Positions 1 through 10,784 of a stretch of DNA of 64,000 nucleotides are shown here, piece by piece. Every line of letters starts with the position of its first letter. Position 1 is the first letter of the stretch. The notes below the pieces were generated by a model that saw nothing but the letters and a program-made list of their open reading frames with translations, made no database searches and was not told the origin of the DNA. A program made the translations under genes and the position numbers. Origin of the DNA: Zygnema circumcarinatum SAG 698-1b (Eukaryota > Plantae > Zygnematophyceae); assembly GCA_037447605.1 (NCBI GenBank), contig CM074814.1, positions 1,612,001-1,676,000 of the forward strand, read 5' to 3'.

Positions 1-81
1 CCTTGCAGAGCCCTTCGCAGGAAATGGAGAATGAGCAAGGAAGGATTCATGATGCATTGAAAGAAAGGAGTCGGAGGGCAC

Positions 82-2975
82 CTGCCAAAAAATGAAATAG
101 CTTCCAACAGTTTCCTTGACGGCTTCGTGCGCCCACGTGTCTCTGTTCATCTGCACGCAACAGTCCGAGAAAAAATATGAGAAAATATGAACATGAGATC
201 CAAATTGAGGCACAAAAATCCATTGGAAGGTGCGCTTTACAGATTTTTTCCTTCAGAGTCAAACTACTTTTGGAAACGCATTTTCAGTTGTGCAGCTCGC
301 ACCGTGTGACTCGCAAACTCGTTATTTGACTGCACGTTCACAAGAAGCCACTTGTTTTGCTTTGTGCCCTCCGACTTCGCCTGCAAAACAAGCAAATTTT
401 CACAAGGTTAAACAAATTCAAAAAAGTTAAGTTGAAAGAGACCATCGAAAGTAGGTCCTTCGTTCGATCAAGAACAAACAAGCAATGGGCTCAAATTCAG
501 AGATGGGTCTTTAGGGTTTTTAGGGTTTCCGTGCGCGAAAGCCATACCTCACCTGCTCTATGCTGCCCTGAAACATAATCTCAAAGGGAGGTCGAAACAG
601 TGCTGCCAACGCATCTTTCGGCCCCTCCTCACTCTCTGCTGCACTCTCTCCGCTGCGCTGCCTCGTCCTCTCCTCCGCCTCTTCTCGAAAGTTCCGAAAA
701 GCGTCAATTACTGTTCTCTGCGGCTCTGCTTGAGCCATCTGGTGAGCTCTGCAGAAGCAGCAGTGGCAGCTAAATTTCTCAATGACCAGCCTCTCCACAC
801 TACACAGCCTCTCCACAGGGCTTTTGTTCGGGGGAAACCGCAAAGGAAAGGGAAGTACACTTCAGAAGATGGGGCAAGATGAGGCGAAAGAAAACAAGGG
901 GGGACGGATGGGTTTGAGTATATGGAAAACGAGGCTAAGTATGAAGAATACGGAGAGGACATGTACCTGTAAAGGGGCGTGTCATCGTAAAGAGCTTCTC
1001 TTTTCACGGGTAGGGGTGGCCGCACATAGTCAAACACACTGCACATGAAAATTCGTCAGCTCTGATTTCGTCATACGGAACAAACAGCGATGGCAAATGT
1101 CACACAACCAAAGGTCTATGGAGGCGACAGCTAAGCACATTAGAGAAGCGTGAGCAATGTGCAGTTGCATGAAACACAGACTCTTACTTCTTATACATGT
1201 TCCACCAACTTATGCAAAACACGGAATGTGCTCAAAAGCATATTCGGCGGCTTCGCAAGAAAGGGGCCTCACTGATTCTGAAAATCAAAACATTTCTGTC
1301 GTATACAAACTTCCTCCTTGACATGGTCGTCTCTGAGGTCGACTTGAACCGTATACGCACCTAACATAAACACTGTTCCTACTACCACAACTTCTAAATT
1401 GGGGCTATCTGAAGGGACATGTTTGACAGAAATAGGTACTTTGTGGGCACATAGATGTGAGAGAGGTTATAAACCCACATACAAACTGAACAGGGCATAC
1501 TGGTACTTCTTCAGCTGCTGAAAAAATCTTCTGGTCAAATAGGAAAATGCTAAAAAGATCTAACTCCCAACAGCATCCGTTGGATTTCCAAAAACACTTG
1601 AAAAATGCCAGCCCAAATCTAGAACCATATAACTCGTGAACTCATGGACTTGAAATCAAAACATGCACGCATATCATTGCACGTAAACTTGCGGTCTCCT
1701 TGGTGAACAGAATAGGCTTGCATCACAGGAGGAAACATGGCACGCAAAGTAGACCACCAAAACCAGACAATCGCAAGCAACTTTTGATGTCACAAAGTCT
1801 CCATCATGCCGCTTTCAATTTGATTCCTTGTCCAACATTCAACAATCTCGAAGCCACAACATCCGACATATGAAACAAAACGTACACCTTCCTATGTAAC
1901 CATAAACGTATTAACAGCATTAGTTTTCAAGAAAAATGGCTATTGGTCACCAGAATCCTTCCATTGACGCAAAGGAGGATAAGAGTACTTCCTAGGTTTA
2001 GGGTCGATTCTGCAGATATCCAGCATTCTCTTAAACAAAATAGAGTATGAATGAAACAGGTAAACACAACACAGCTTCCTGAAGGGCTCGTGCTTCTTGC
2101 AGCTCTTTGGGAATTCACTTTCGTAAAAGGTTTGAACATTGCAAGCTATTGGACGTAATAAGACTGAGTATTGGCTTAATCGATCTGCTATCACCACGCT
2201 AATTTAGAAATTCATCTCAGGACAAAAGTTCTCAAAATGAATCCTACCGCAGCCCCCTAGTAAAAAACAAAGGAAAGGAAAAGAAGAGTGAGGGGGCGGA
2301 AAGGGGTGATGGTGCCCCTACTTCAGACTCTACCCTACAGAAACTACTTCTTTTGCCAGAATATTGCGATAGGGTGTCCAGCTAGTGTGGCCTTCATTCT
2401 AGAGACGGTGAAATAAAGGGCCGCAGCTTACCCAGCAAGCGCAGCAAGGTCCTCGGATGGAATTTGTGGCTGTTCAGGAGGAGGGGCAGCTGCCTCGGGA
2501 GCTCCCTGATTCTCTCCACGAGGCCCATCCTCATGGCTATCGGCAAAAAAAAGTTGCAGGGCCGACTCAAGCTGCCACTCAGTAGCCTGGAAAGCAGCCA
2601 CACACCAACGATTGGTGCTTGAATCAGTCTCAATCCCTCTCTCTCTCACTTTCCCCCTCTCTCTTTCTCTACCTCTCCCCCTCTGCACGAACAGCTGGCC
2701 CCACTTCTATTCTAATAGCTGTTGAAAAAGCTCACCCCGGCAAGCTCAATCCTGAAACAAAAAATTGACCTGCAACGCTTCGCTCTCCTGGCTGTTTCCT
2801 GCCTTCATAAGCCAGTCAAAAGGCCTAAAAGCGACATATACTTTCCGAAATGGTGACCTTCCTACGAGCGACGCATTGCAGAGCGCACAGCCTCCCGCAC
2901 CTGCAACCATTGACGAGCAACCGGCTCGTCCGCTCCTGTAATATCCACGAAGCTCGCTAAGGTCGCCGCCTCCAT
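82..2975 (-). CDS. PUX7: UBA-like/UAS/UBX-domain CDC48 adaptor (PUX7/UBXN7 family); 3' part runs off the left edge
   Basis: Phase-compatible GT-AG exons 2975-2901, 2586-2432, 1038-967, 748-553, 380-303 and 150-82. They give MEAATLASFVDITGADEPVARQWLQ-ATEWQLESALQLFF (UBA-like), DYVRPPLPVKREALYDD, LAALFRPPFEIMFQGS, KWLLVNVQSNNEFASHT and MNRDTWAHEAVKETVGSYFIFWQ (UAS domain). Confidence 0.9.
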
Positions 2976-3271
2976 CGCCGAGCCACTTTTGCAGAAGCTT
3001 ACAGCATATACTTCTTGAAGCAAACGGCTAAAAACTAAGAAAAAAAAATCGATACCCTCTGTTTGTTGTTTATATGAAACCGAAAATCAAAGAACAGAAC
3101 GCCCCAGATTAGAGAATGAAGAATAGGGAGGCGAGACGGGCCTGGTCGCTCCGGTGCTCCCCTCCATCCCCTTCACCACCATCAGCTTCAGGAATTTTCT
3201 CAAAAGGAAATGCATCACAAATTGCAGGTCATTTCCAAATTCCAGGAGACTTGCAACCCCTCGCGTGGCAA

Positions 3272-3443
3272 ATCCAACGGCCAGAAAGCAGCCTCGTCCA
3301 CGCGGTCATCCAACGGCCACGAAAGCAGCCCCGCCCACGCGGCCATCCAACGGCCAGAAAGCAGCCTTGTTTACGCGGTCATCCAACAGCCAGAAAGCAG
3401 CCTCGTCCATGCGGTCATCCAACGGCCGAGAAAGCAGCCTCGA
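3272..3443 (+). repeat. Tandem 36-37 bp repeat, ~5 units, carrying the TCCAACGGCC (MSA/MYB3R-type) motif
   Basis: Unit ATCCAACGGCCAGAAAGCAGCCTCGTCCACGCGGTC starts at 3272, 3308, 3345, 3381 (variant AACAG) and 3417. Confidence 0.9.
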
Positions 3444-3460
3444 GGGAATTTAAAAAAAAA

Positions 3461-3961
3461 ATGGTCGAATGGTTGCAGTTATTAGCAATGGTTGGCTAGG
3501 AAGCTAGCCAACGGTTGCATCCAGTGGCAATGATTGGGTGGGGCGGGAATCAATGGTCCAATCGTTGCAGTTATTGGCAATGGTTGGCTGGTTAGCTAGC
3601 CAGTGGTTGCATCCATTGGCAATGATTGGGTGGGGCGAAAATCAATGGTCCAATGGGTGCAGTCATTGGCAATAGTTGGCTGGGTGTCATTGGCAATAGT
3701 TGGCTGGGTAGCCAGCCAATGGTTGCAACCATCGGATCCAATGGTTCGGTGGGGAGGGAATCAATGGTCCAATGGTTGCAGTTATTGGCAATGGTTGGCT
3801 GCGAAGCCAGCCAATGGTTGCAACCATAGGCAATGATTGGGTGGGGCGGAAATCAATGGTCCAATGGTTGCAGTTATTGGCAATGGTTGACTAGGAAGCC
3901 AACCAATGGTTGCAACCATAGGCAATGATTGGGTGGGGCGGGAATCAATGGTCCAATGGTT
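3461..3961 (+). repeat. 92-bp palindromic satellite, block 1
   Basis: Consensus GCCAGCCAATGGTTGCAACCATTGGCAATGATTGGGTGGGGCGGGAATCAATGGTCCAATGGTTGCAGTTATTGGCAATGGTTGGCTGGGAA. The 92-bp period is seen at 3805/3897. Confidence 0.9.
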
Positions 3962-4293
3962 CACAGATCGGACCATTAGACAAACCAGTCGACTGGTTGG
4001 CAACCAGTGGTTGCGGACCGAAACAACCATTCGACTGGTTTGGAACCAGTGGATGCCACTGGTTGGCAACCAGTCGAATGGTTGGCAACCAGTGCCGCCG
4101 GATCGAAACAACCATTCGACTGGTTGCGAACCAGTGGCGCAGGACTGAAACAACCTTCGACTGGTTCGGAACCAGTGATCCAATGGTTGGCAACCATTGA
4201 ATTTCTGAAATTATGCCTTTTTGCAAAAATGGGTCGTTTGTGTTTTTTGGTTGGTTGCCAACCGTTGACAACTAGTGTAACAAGCCTGATGCG

Positions 4294-5173
4294 CAGGCCT
4301 CTTCAAATAGGGGATTTCGGCTTAAGATAGGGGACTGTCCCCTAACTTGGTTTTGTAAAACCATGTAAATATGGACTGTACGGACGAAACTGTGCACATA
4401 CGGGCGAGAATTTTGTGGAGACCTTGCTTCATCATTTCCCAACACTGCTACTGTCGAGTCTGATTTTTCAGTAATTGGATGGGAGAAAGACGAGTTTCGA
4501 AAGAGGTTGACAGACTTTTCATTGGAAGGAATTCTTCACTGCAAACAGTTTGATAGTTTGACCGCTCTTCGAGGGTCTCTTTGAGTAGCATCACTTCTAT
4601 AACTGTCTTGATCAGCTAAAACTCCTAAGGGAGTGCGACCATTTTTCATTTCATTTCTAATTTTAGTTCCTATTTCAGTTTTTCTTTTGTGACTACACCT
4701 AGAATTTCAGAGGTTATGATTTGGAATAGAGTTTTTGTGAGGAAATTTTAAGACTATGATGGATTCTAAAGTGATACTTGGAGTAATTAATGATGGATGG
4801 AAAAGGAAATAGAGAGCTTAGGATTGGATCTACAAAGTTTCAGTGCAATTGGGCTTTTGAATAAGCAACTATATGTTGTGATTGCCAAATGCACAGTTGT
4901 TCTAATTGATTGGTAAAATTTACCAATCTATAAGAGTCAAAGAGGTTGCACCAGTTTTTAAAGCCGTGTTGTTATACCAACAAGTAAAGTTCATATACAT
5001 CATTGCTATCGTGGTTGCAAATGCAATTCATTTCCATTTTGTTTTTAACCAAAAAAATGCTTTTTTGGGGCTTGTGTGGTATTTAAGTTGAAATCACGTA
5101 AACTAATCTCAAAATCTTACATAAATAAGCTATTTACGATATTTAGGGGATCTCCCCTATTTGAAGAGGCCTG
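4294..5173 (+). mobile_element. Non-autonomous hAT transposon B (internal deletion derivative), nested in element A
   Basis: Perfect 21-bp TIRs CAGGCCTCTTCAAATAGGGGA (4294-4314 and 5153-5173). Exact 8-bp TSD CTGATGCG at 4286-4293 and 5174-5181. A CAG start and 8-bp TSD are hAT hallmarks. Confidence 0.93.
4408..4584 (+). pseudogene. hAT transposase C-terminal (dimerisation-domain) remnant
   Basis: Translates EFCGDLASSFPNTATVESDFSVIGWEKDEFRKRLTDFSLEGILHCKQFDSLTALRGSL*. The P-x-T-A-x-V-E-S-D-F-S...R-x-x-L segment fits the hAT C-terminal motif. Not listed in the ORF track. Confidence 0.8.
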
Positions 5174-5696
5174 CTGATGCGTACAGATGCGTACGAATTC
5201 GTACAGCCGAATCGTACGGTTGTACGGGGATTCTGTACGGCCGAACCGTAATAGTTTTCTCCGAAACGCCGACGGCATTTTGGTAGCTGTAGCGTTCAGT
5301 TCGCTACAACTAGTGATTTAAAGGTTGCCAACCATTTGATTTAATGGATATAACCATTCGACTGGTTGCCAACCAGTGCCGCCAGATCGAAACAACCATT
5401 CGACTGGTTGCCAACCAGTGGCGTCCACTAGTTCCAAACCAGTCGACTGGTTGCCAACCAGTGGCATCCACTGCTTCCAAACCAGTCGACTGGTTGCCAA
5501 CCAGTGGATCCACTGGTAGGCAACCATTTGACTGGTTGCCAACCAGTGGTTGCGGACCGAAACAACCATTCGACTGGTTAACAACCAGTGGCATCCACTG
5601 GTTGGCAACCAGTCGACTGATTGCCAACCAGTAGACGTCCAACCATTGCCATCCAATGGTTGTCCAATGGTTGCCGATCCACTGGTCCGAACTGTG

Positions 5697-5890
5697 CAAT
5701 GGTTGCAGTTATTGGCAATGGTTGGCTGGGAAGCCAACCAATGGTTGCAACCATAGGCAATGATTGGGTGGGGCGGGAATCAATGGTCCAATGGTTGCAG
5801 TTATTGGCAATGGTTGGCTGTGTAGCCAGCCAATGGTTGCAACCATTGGCAATGATTGGGTAGTGGCGGGAATCAACGGTCCAATCGTTG
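5697..5890 (+). repeat. 92-bp palindromic satellite, block 2 (continuation after element A)
   Basis: Same unit; period 92 at 5732/5824. Confidence 0.9.
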
Positions 5891-5970
5891 CTCCCCCTCC
5901 CCCTCCCCCTCCCCCCATTCCATTTAAATTGTATTTTTATTTCCTCTCTTTTGTCTCTGTGGGGCGGCAG

Positions 5971-6511
5971 GTTATTCTCCTGGACGAGATGCTGAAGCTC
6001 CTGTCACGTCGCTCCTCTGGTAGCAAGTCCCGCCTGCTTGCCAATGTTGGTTCCAGCATCCCCGGGGGGGAGGGGGGGAATCAACTTAAAGATAAAACTA
6101 AATTTTAATTAATCTTATTCCTTGTGATTCATTAAACCTAAAACAAAAAAAGTTAGTGTTCTACCTTAGTGTTGGAGCACTCTCTCTCTCCTTTTTTCAC
6201 CGATGCTCATTAGAACATATTAAGGTTCTTTCAACTCCTCCCCTTCATTCCTTCATCCGCGGATACCCCTCCCTCTCCTAAACTATTAAAATCTGAGTTT
6301 ACTCTGGTTTCTTTTTTGTTCATTCCAGGATTTTGCATTAGCTGAGAAATTAGGGTTTGGGTTGGATTGGTTTGGGGTTCAGGACCGGTTCCCTCCCGAG
6401 CAGGCCATCGAAGAGGACTTTCTTCTTCAGAGTTCCCGAAGGCAGACCTGCTACCCAAGGCTCTCTAGCATAGGCAGGAATAGGGGCTCAAGGGAGACGG
6501 AGCTCACTGAG
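5971..6511 (+). pseudogene. Two orphan exon-like segments of an unidentified gene
   Basis: 5971-6045 (75 nt, VILLDEMLKLLSRRSSGSKSRLLAN) and 6383-6511 (129 nt, DRFPPEQAIEEDFLLQSSRRQTCYPRLSS...ETELTE). Both are CAG/GT-bounded, phase 0 and open. No start or stop exon seen. Confidence 0.4.
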
Positions 6512-6529
6512 GTTTAGGCAGTTTTTTCT

Positions 6530-7650
6530 TTGTTTTTTTCTTTTCTTTTTTTAAGAATTTAGAGGGGGACGAGAAGATGGGTAGTTCGGAGGTTCGCATT
6601 GTTAGCAAGCGTCAATGTAAATAGCATTTTCTTCCTTCTTTTTTAAGGCCCTGTGGACGTGAACAAAAAAAAAATAAAAAAATGTGACTTCAAGCATTTG
6701 CCAGCCGATGTTATAGTCGTTGGCAATGGTTGGGTGGGGCGGGAATCAATGGTCCAATGGTTGCAATCATTCGCAATGGTTGGGTGGGGCGGAAATTAAT
6801 GGTCCAATGGTTGCAGCTAATGGCAATGGTTGGCTAGGTAGCCAGAATATGGTTGCAACCATTGGCAACGGTTCGGTGAGGCGGGAATCAATGGTCCAAT
6901 GATTGCAGTCATTGGCAATGGTTGTCTGGGAAGCCAGCCACTGGTTGCAACCATTGGCAATGGTTGGGAGGAGCGGGAATCAATTGTCCAATGGTTGCAG
7001 TTATTGGCAATGGTTGGGTGGGAAGCCAGCCAATGGTTGCAACCATTGACAATGGTTGCAACCATTGACAATGGTTGCAACCATTGACAATGGTTGGGTG
7101 GAGCGGGAATCGATGGTCCAATGGTTGCAATTATTGGCAATGGTTGGCTGGGAAGCTAGCCAATGGTTGTAACCATCGGCAATGATTGGGTGGGGCGGGA
7201 ATCAATGGTCCAATGGTTGGCTGGGAAGCCATTCAATGGTTGCAACCATTGGCAATGATTGGGTGCGGCGGAAATCAATGGTCCAATGATTGCATTTATT
7301 GGCAATGGTTGGATGGGAAGCTAGCCAATGGTTGCAACCGTTGGCAATGGTTGGGTATAGCGGGAATCAATGGTTCAATGGTTGCAGTTATTGGCAATGG
7401 TTGGGTGGACAAGCAATATATCGCATTTCTGCAAACCGGGATATATGGATCGATACAATATCGCGATACATCCAATACTTCCATACCGCTTTATATCGTT
7501 TACGTTCCAGAATCGCCCCCTCCGCCAAGCTGCCTCCTAATCGAAGAATTTACATGAACGTGGCGCCTATTCATTGGTCGCGGTGCCAAAACTCTGTATC
7601 TCTACCCCCGCCTCCGTGCCCTTACCGCGTCCCGCACTACGGTGGTGCAC
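6530..7650 (+). repeat. Composite block (unique head + satellite block 3 + ~240-bp unique module), paralogous to 17022-17830
   Basis: TTTAAGAATTTAGAGGGGGACGAGAAG...GGCCCTGTGG and GCAATATATCGCATTT...CGCGTCCCGCAC occur in the same order at both places, with scattered substitutions and indels. Confidence 0.88.
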
Positions 7651-8497
7651 CCATTGGCAATGGTTGGGTGGAGCGGGAATCAATGGTTCACTGGTCGCAG
7701 TTATTGGCAATGGTTGGCTGGAAAGCCAGCCAATGGTTGCAACCATTGGCAATGGTTCGGTGGGGCGGGAATCAATGGTCCAATGGTTGCAGTCATTGGC
7801 AGAGGTTGGGTGGGGCGGAAATCAATGGCCCAATGGTTGCAGTTATTGGCAATGATTGGCTGTTAAGCCAGCCAATGGTTTCAACCATTGAAAATGATTG
7901 GGTGGGGCGGAAATCGTTGGTCCTATGGTTGCATTCATTGGCAATTGTTGGCTAGGTAGCCAGCCAATGGTTGCAACCATTGGGAATGGTTCGGTGGGGC
8001 TGGAATCCATGGTCCAATGGTTGCAGTCATTGGCAATGGTTGGCTGGGAATCCAGCCAATGGTTGCAACCGTTTACAATGATTGGGTGGGGCGGAAATGA
8101 ATGGTCCAGTGGTTGCACTCATTGGCAATGGTTGCCTGGGTAGCCAGCCAATGGTTTCAACCATTGAAATGATTGGGTGGGGCGAGAATCAATGGTCCAA
8201 TGGTTTCAGTCATTGGCAATGGTTGGCTTGGAAGCCAGCCAATGGTTGCAACCTTTGACAATGATTGGGTGGGGCGGAAATCGTTGGTCCTATGGTTGCA
8301 TTCATTGGCAATTGTTGGCTAGGTAGCCAGCCAATGGTTGCAACCATTGGGAATGGTTCGGTGGGGCTGGAATCCATGGTCCAATGGTCGCAGTCATTGG
8401 CAATGGTTGGCTGGGTAGCCAGCCAATGGTTGCAACCATTGACAATGATTGGGTGGGGCGGAAATCAGTGGTCCAATGGTTGCAGTTATTGGCAATG
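7651..8497 (+). repeat. 92-bp palindromic satellite, block 4
   Basis: About 9 units of the same consensus. Confidence 0.9.
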
Positions 8498-8737
8498 GCC
8501 CCTCTCCCTCACCCTCTTCATACACTCTCTCTCCCGCCTCTCCCTCACCCTCTTCATACACTCTCTCTCCCCCCTCTCCCTCTGCCATGCTCCCCTCTCC
8601 TCTTCTCTCTTATCTTCCTCTTTCCCTCACATCCTTTCCAAACACTTTTCACCCTTTTCTTTCTCAATTTTTCGTCCAACCTTTTGACATTATTTTTTTC
8701 ATACATTTTCAAATTTTCCACATTTTTCCACCTGCAG

Positions 8738-10369
8738 GGAAAACAGTGCTGGTGAACGCGCTCGCCTGCCAACTCCCCCGCCAAAAAAATGTTTCCCTTT
8801 TTGGCGAATTTCGCGCAAATGGAGTTTTCCGGGAGGGGGCGATTGTCAGGTGGAGGGAGGAGCCTACGGAACCCTGTTTTCCCCTTACCAACTTAAACCC
8901 TAAATCTTAAGCCTTCAATCTTAAAACCCTACGACTCTTAAACCCTAAGCCCTAGACCCAAAAACCCTAAAAACTTAGAATCTTAAAACCGTAAATCCTA
9001 AACCCGGAACCTTAATCCCCTAAACCCAAAATGAACCGCAAACCCTAGACTCTAAATTCTTAAAATGTTAACCCTAAAATCCACGATGCAGAGAATTTTG
9101 ATTTGAAAACCTCATTCAAGTTTGTATACCTTTACTTAAAATCTTTAAAACCCCTAAAAACCTAATATCCTTACTAAAAAAATTAACCCTAAATTCATTT
9201 TTTTAAATATCTGGGTTGCAGACATGCCTACGTACGTCAGGAAGACATTTTTTTTTCTCAGCTGACCGTCCGAGAGACTCTCCTTCTGGCTGCAAAGCTG
9301 CAGCTACCCGCAAAACTTTCTGAGGAGGAAAAAATTTTACATGTGGACCGACTGATTCATCAACTTGGACTTGTACGAACACTCGGTTTTTTCTTAACAC
9401 CCAAAAATACCTTTATTCATGCAAAAACCTAAACCTTCAACCCTAAATCCTAAAACCTAAGCCCTAAACCCTCAACCCTAAATCTTAAACCCTAAACCCT
9501 AAACCTTCAACCCTAAATCCTAAACCCTAAGCCCTAAATCCTCAACCCTAACCTCTAAACCCTAAACCCTAAACCCTAAACCCTGAACCTTAAACCTTAA
9601 ACCATAAACCTTAAACCATAAACCTTAAACCCTAAACCCTAAACCTTCAACCCTAAACCCTAAACCTTAAACTCTAAACCCTAAATCTTAAACCGTAAAC
9701 CCTAAACCTTCAACCCTAAATCCTAAAACCTAAGCCCTGAACCCTCAACCCTAAATCTTAAACCCTAAACCCTAAACCTTCAACCCTAAATCCTAAACCC
9801 TTTCCGCCCCTGTTTTGTGTTCCACCCTTTTCGCCCTTTTTCCACTTCCACACATAAACCCCTAAAAGCCAAATGAAACTCCAGAACGCTCACCCTAAAC
9901 CCTAAATCTGAACCTTAAACCCTAAAGTCCTAAACCCTGAACCCTAACTGTTAAACCTTCAACCCTGAAACGCGAAACCCTGAGTCCTACCTCCAGATGC
10001 TGAACCCTAAACCAAATCCCTAATCCTTAAACCCTGCACCCTAAAACCCTAAACCCAACACCTTTCGAGGCAGCCAACTACATCCTAACATTAGAAATCC
10101 CTAAAACCCTGAATACTCTTAAAAACTCTATCAACTGAAAAACCCTCAAAACGCAATTTGCACCCCAATGAAGTCGTTTTAACCCTTCTTTGACCCCCCC
10201 CCCCCCCCCTTTTTTTTCCCCCCTTTTTTCCCCCTCAACTTCTTGGGCAGACCACGCGTGACAAGGCCACCAACAATGTCCGGGCAGCCATAAACTTTTT
10301 TTCGGCGCTTCTTTCGGCTCAATTTTTTGGCGAATGGGATTCGGCCAAGACCGCATGGGCCTTCTGCAG
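8738..10369 (+). pseudogene. ABCG7: ABCG7 (WBC7)-like half-transporter relic, three exons
   Basis: Exon 8738-8849: GKTVLVNALACQLP...FRANG (end of Walker A). Exon 9222-9372: AYVRQEDIFFSQLTVRETLLLAAKLQLP...HQLGL (Q-loop). Exon 10251-10369: TTRDKATNNVRA...[frameshift]FGSIFWRMGFGQDRMGLLQ (membrane domain). The signature/Walker B exons are missing, and the introns are degenerate CCCTAAA repeats. Confidence 0.8.
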
Positions 10370-10389
10370 GTGCTCTTCTTCATTAAGCT

Positions 10390-10780
10390 TTTTTAGGACT
10401 TCAGGGTTTCAGGGTTTTAGGGTTTCATGGTTTGAGAGTTCTACAATTTTAGAGTTTTACGGTTTTAGAGTTTTAGAGTTTTAGGGTTTCAGGATTCTAG
10501 AGTTTTAGAGTTTTAGGGTTTTTTCAGTTTCAGGGTTTTAGGGTTTTAGAGTTTTAGGGTTTAGGGTTTTAGGGTTTTGGGGTTTTAGGGTTTTGAGGTT
10601 TTAGGGTTTCAGGGTTTTAGGGTTTCATGGTTTGAGAGTTCTACAGTTTTAGGGTTTTAGGGTTTTTTGAGTTTCAGGGTTTTAGGGTTTAAGAGTTTCT
10701 GGGTTTAAGGGTTTTAGAGTTTTAGGGTTTAGGATATTAGGGTTTTGGGGTTTTAGGGTTTCAGGGTTTTAGGGTTTCAC
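10390..10780 (+). repeat. Telomere-like block, G-rich strand on +, mostly 8-mer TTTTAGGG/TTTTAGAG/TTTCAGGG
   Basis: Direct reading, e.g. GGGTTTTAGGGTTTTAGAGTTTTAGGG. Confidence 0.9.
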
Positions 10781-10784
10781 TACA

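Larger units (their letters stand above)
3962..5696. mobile_element. Non-autonomous hAT-like DNA transposon A, inserted into the satellite
   Basis: TIRs CACAGATCGGACCA (3962-3975) and TGGTCCGAACTGTG (5683-5696), 13/14 match. Exact 8-bp TSD CAATGGTT at 3954-3961 and 5697-5704; removing the element restores a normal satellite unit. Subterminal palindromic repeats of CAACCAGTCGACTGGTTG type at both ends. Confidence 0.85.

Noticed and set aside
3603-8470. Many Trp-rich ORFs (WLQPLAMVGW, MVATIGNDW) on both strands
   Set aside because: By-products of a stop-poor 92-bp satellite. The unit is not a multiple of three and the same peptides appear in all frames.
3461-8497. CRISPR-like array (palindromic repeats at regular spacing)
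   Set aside because: The intervening sequences are themselves repeated rather than unique spacers, there are no cas genes, and the context is eukaryotic.
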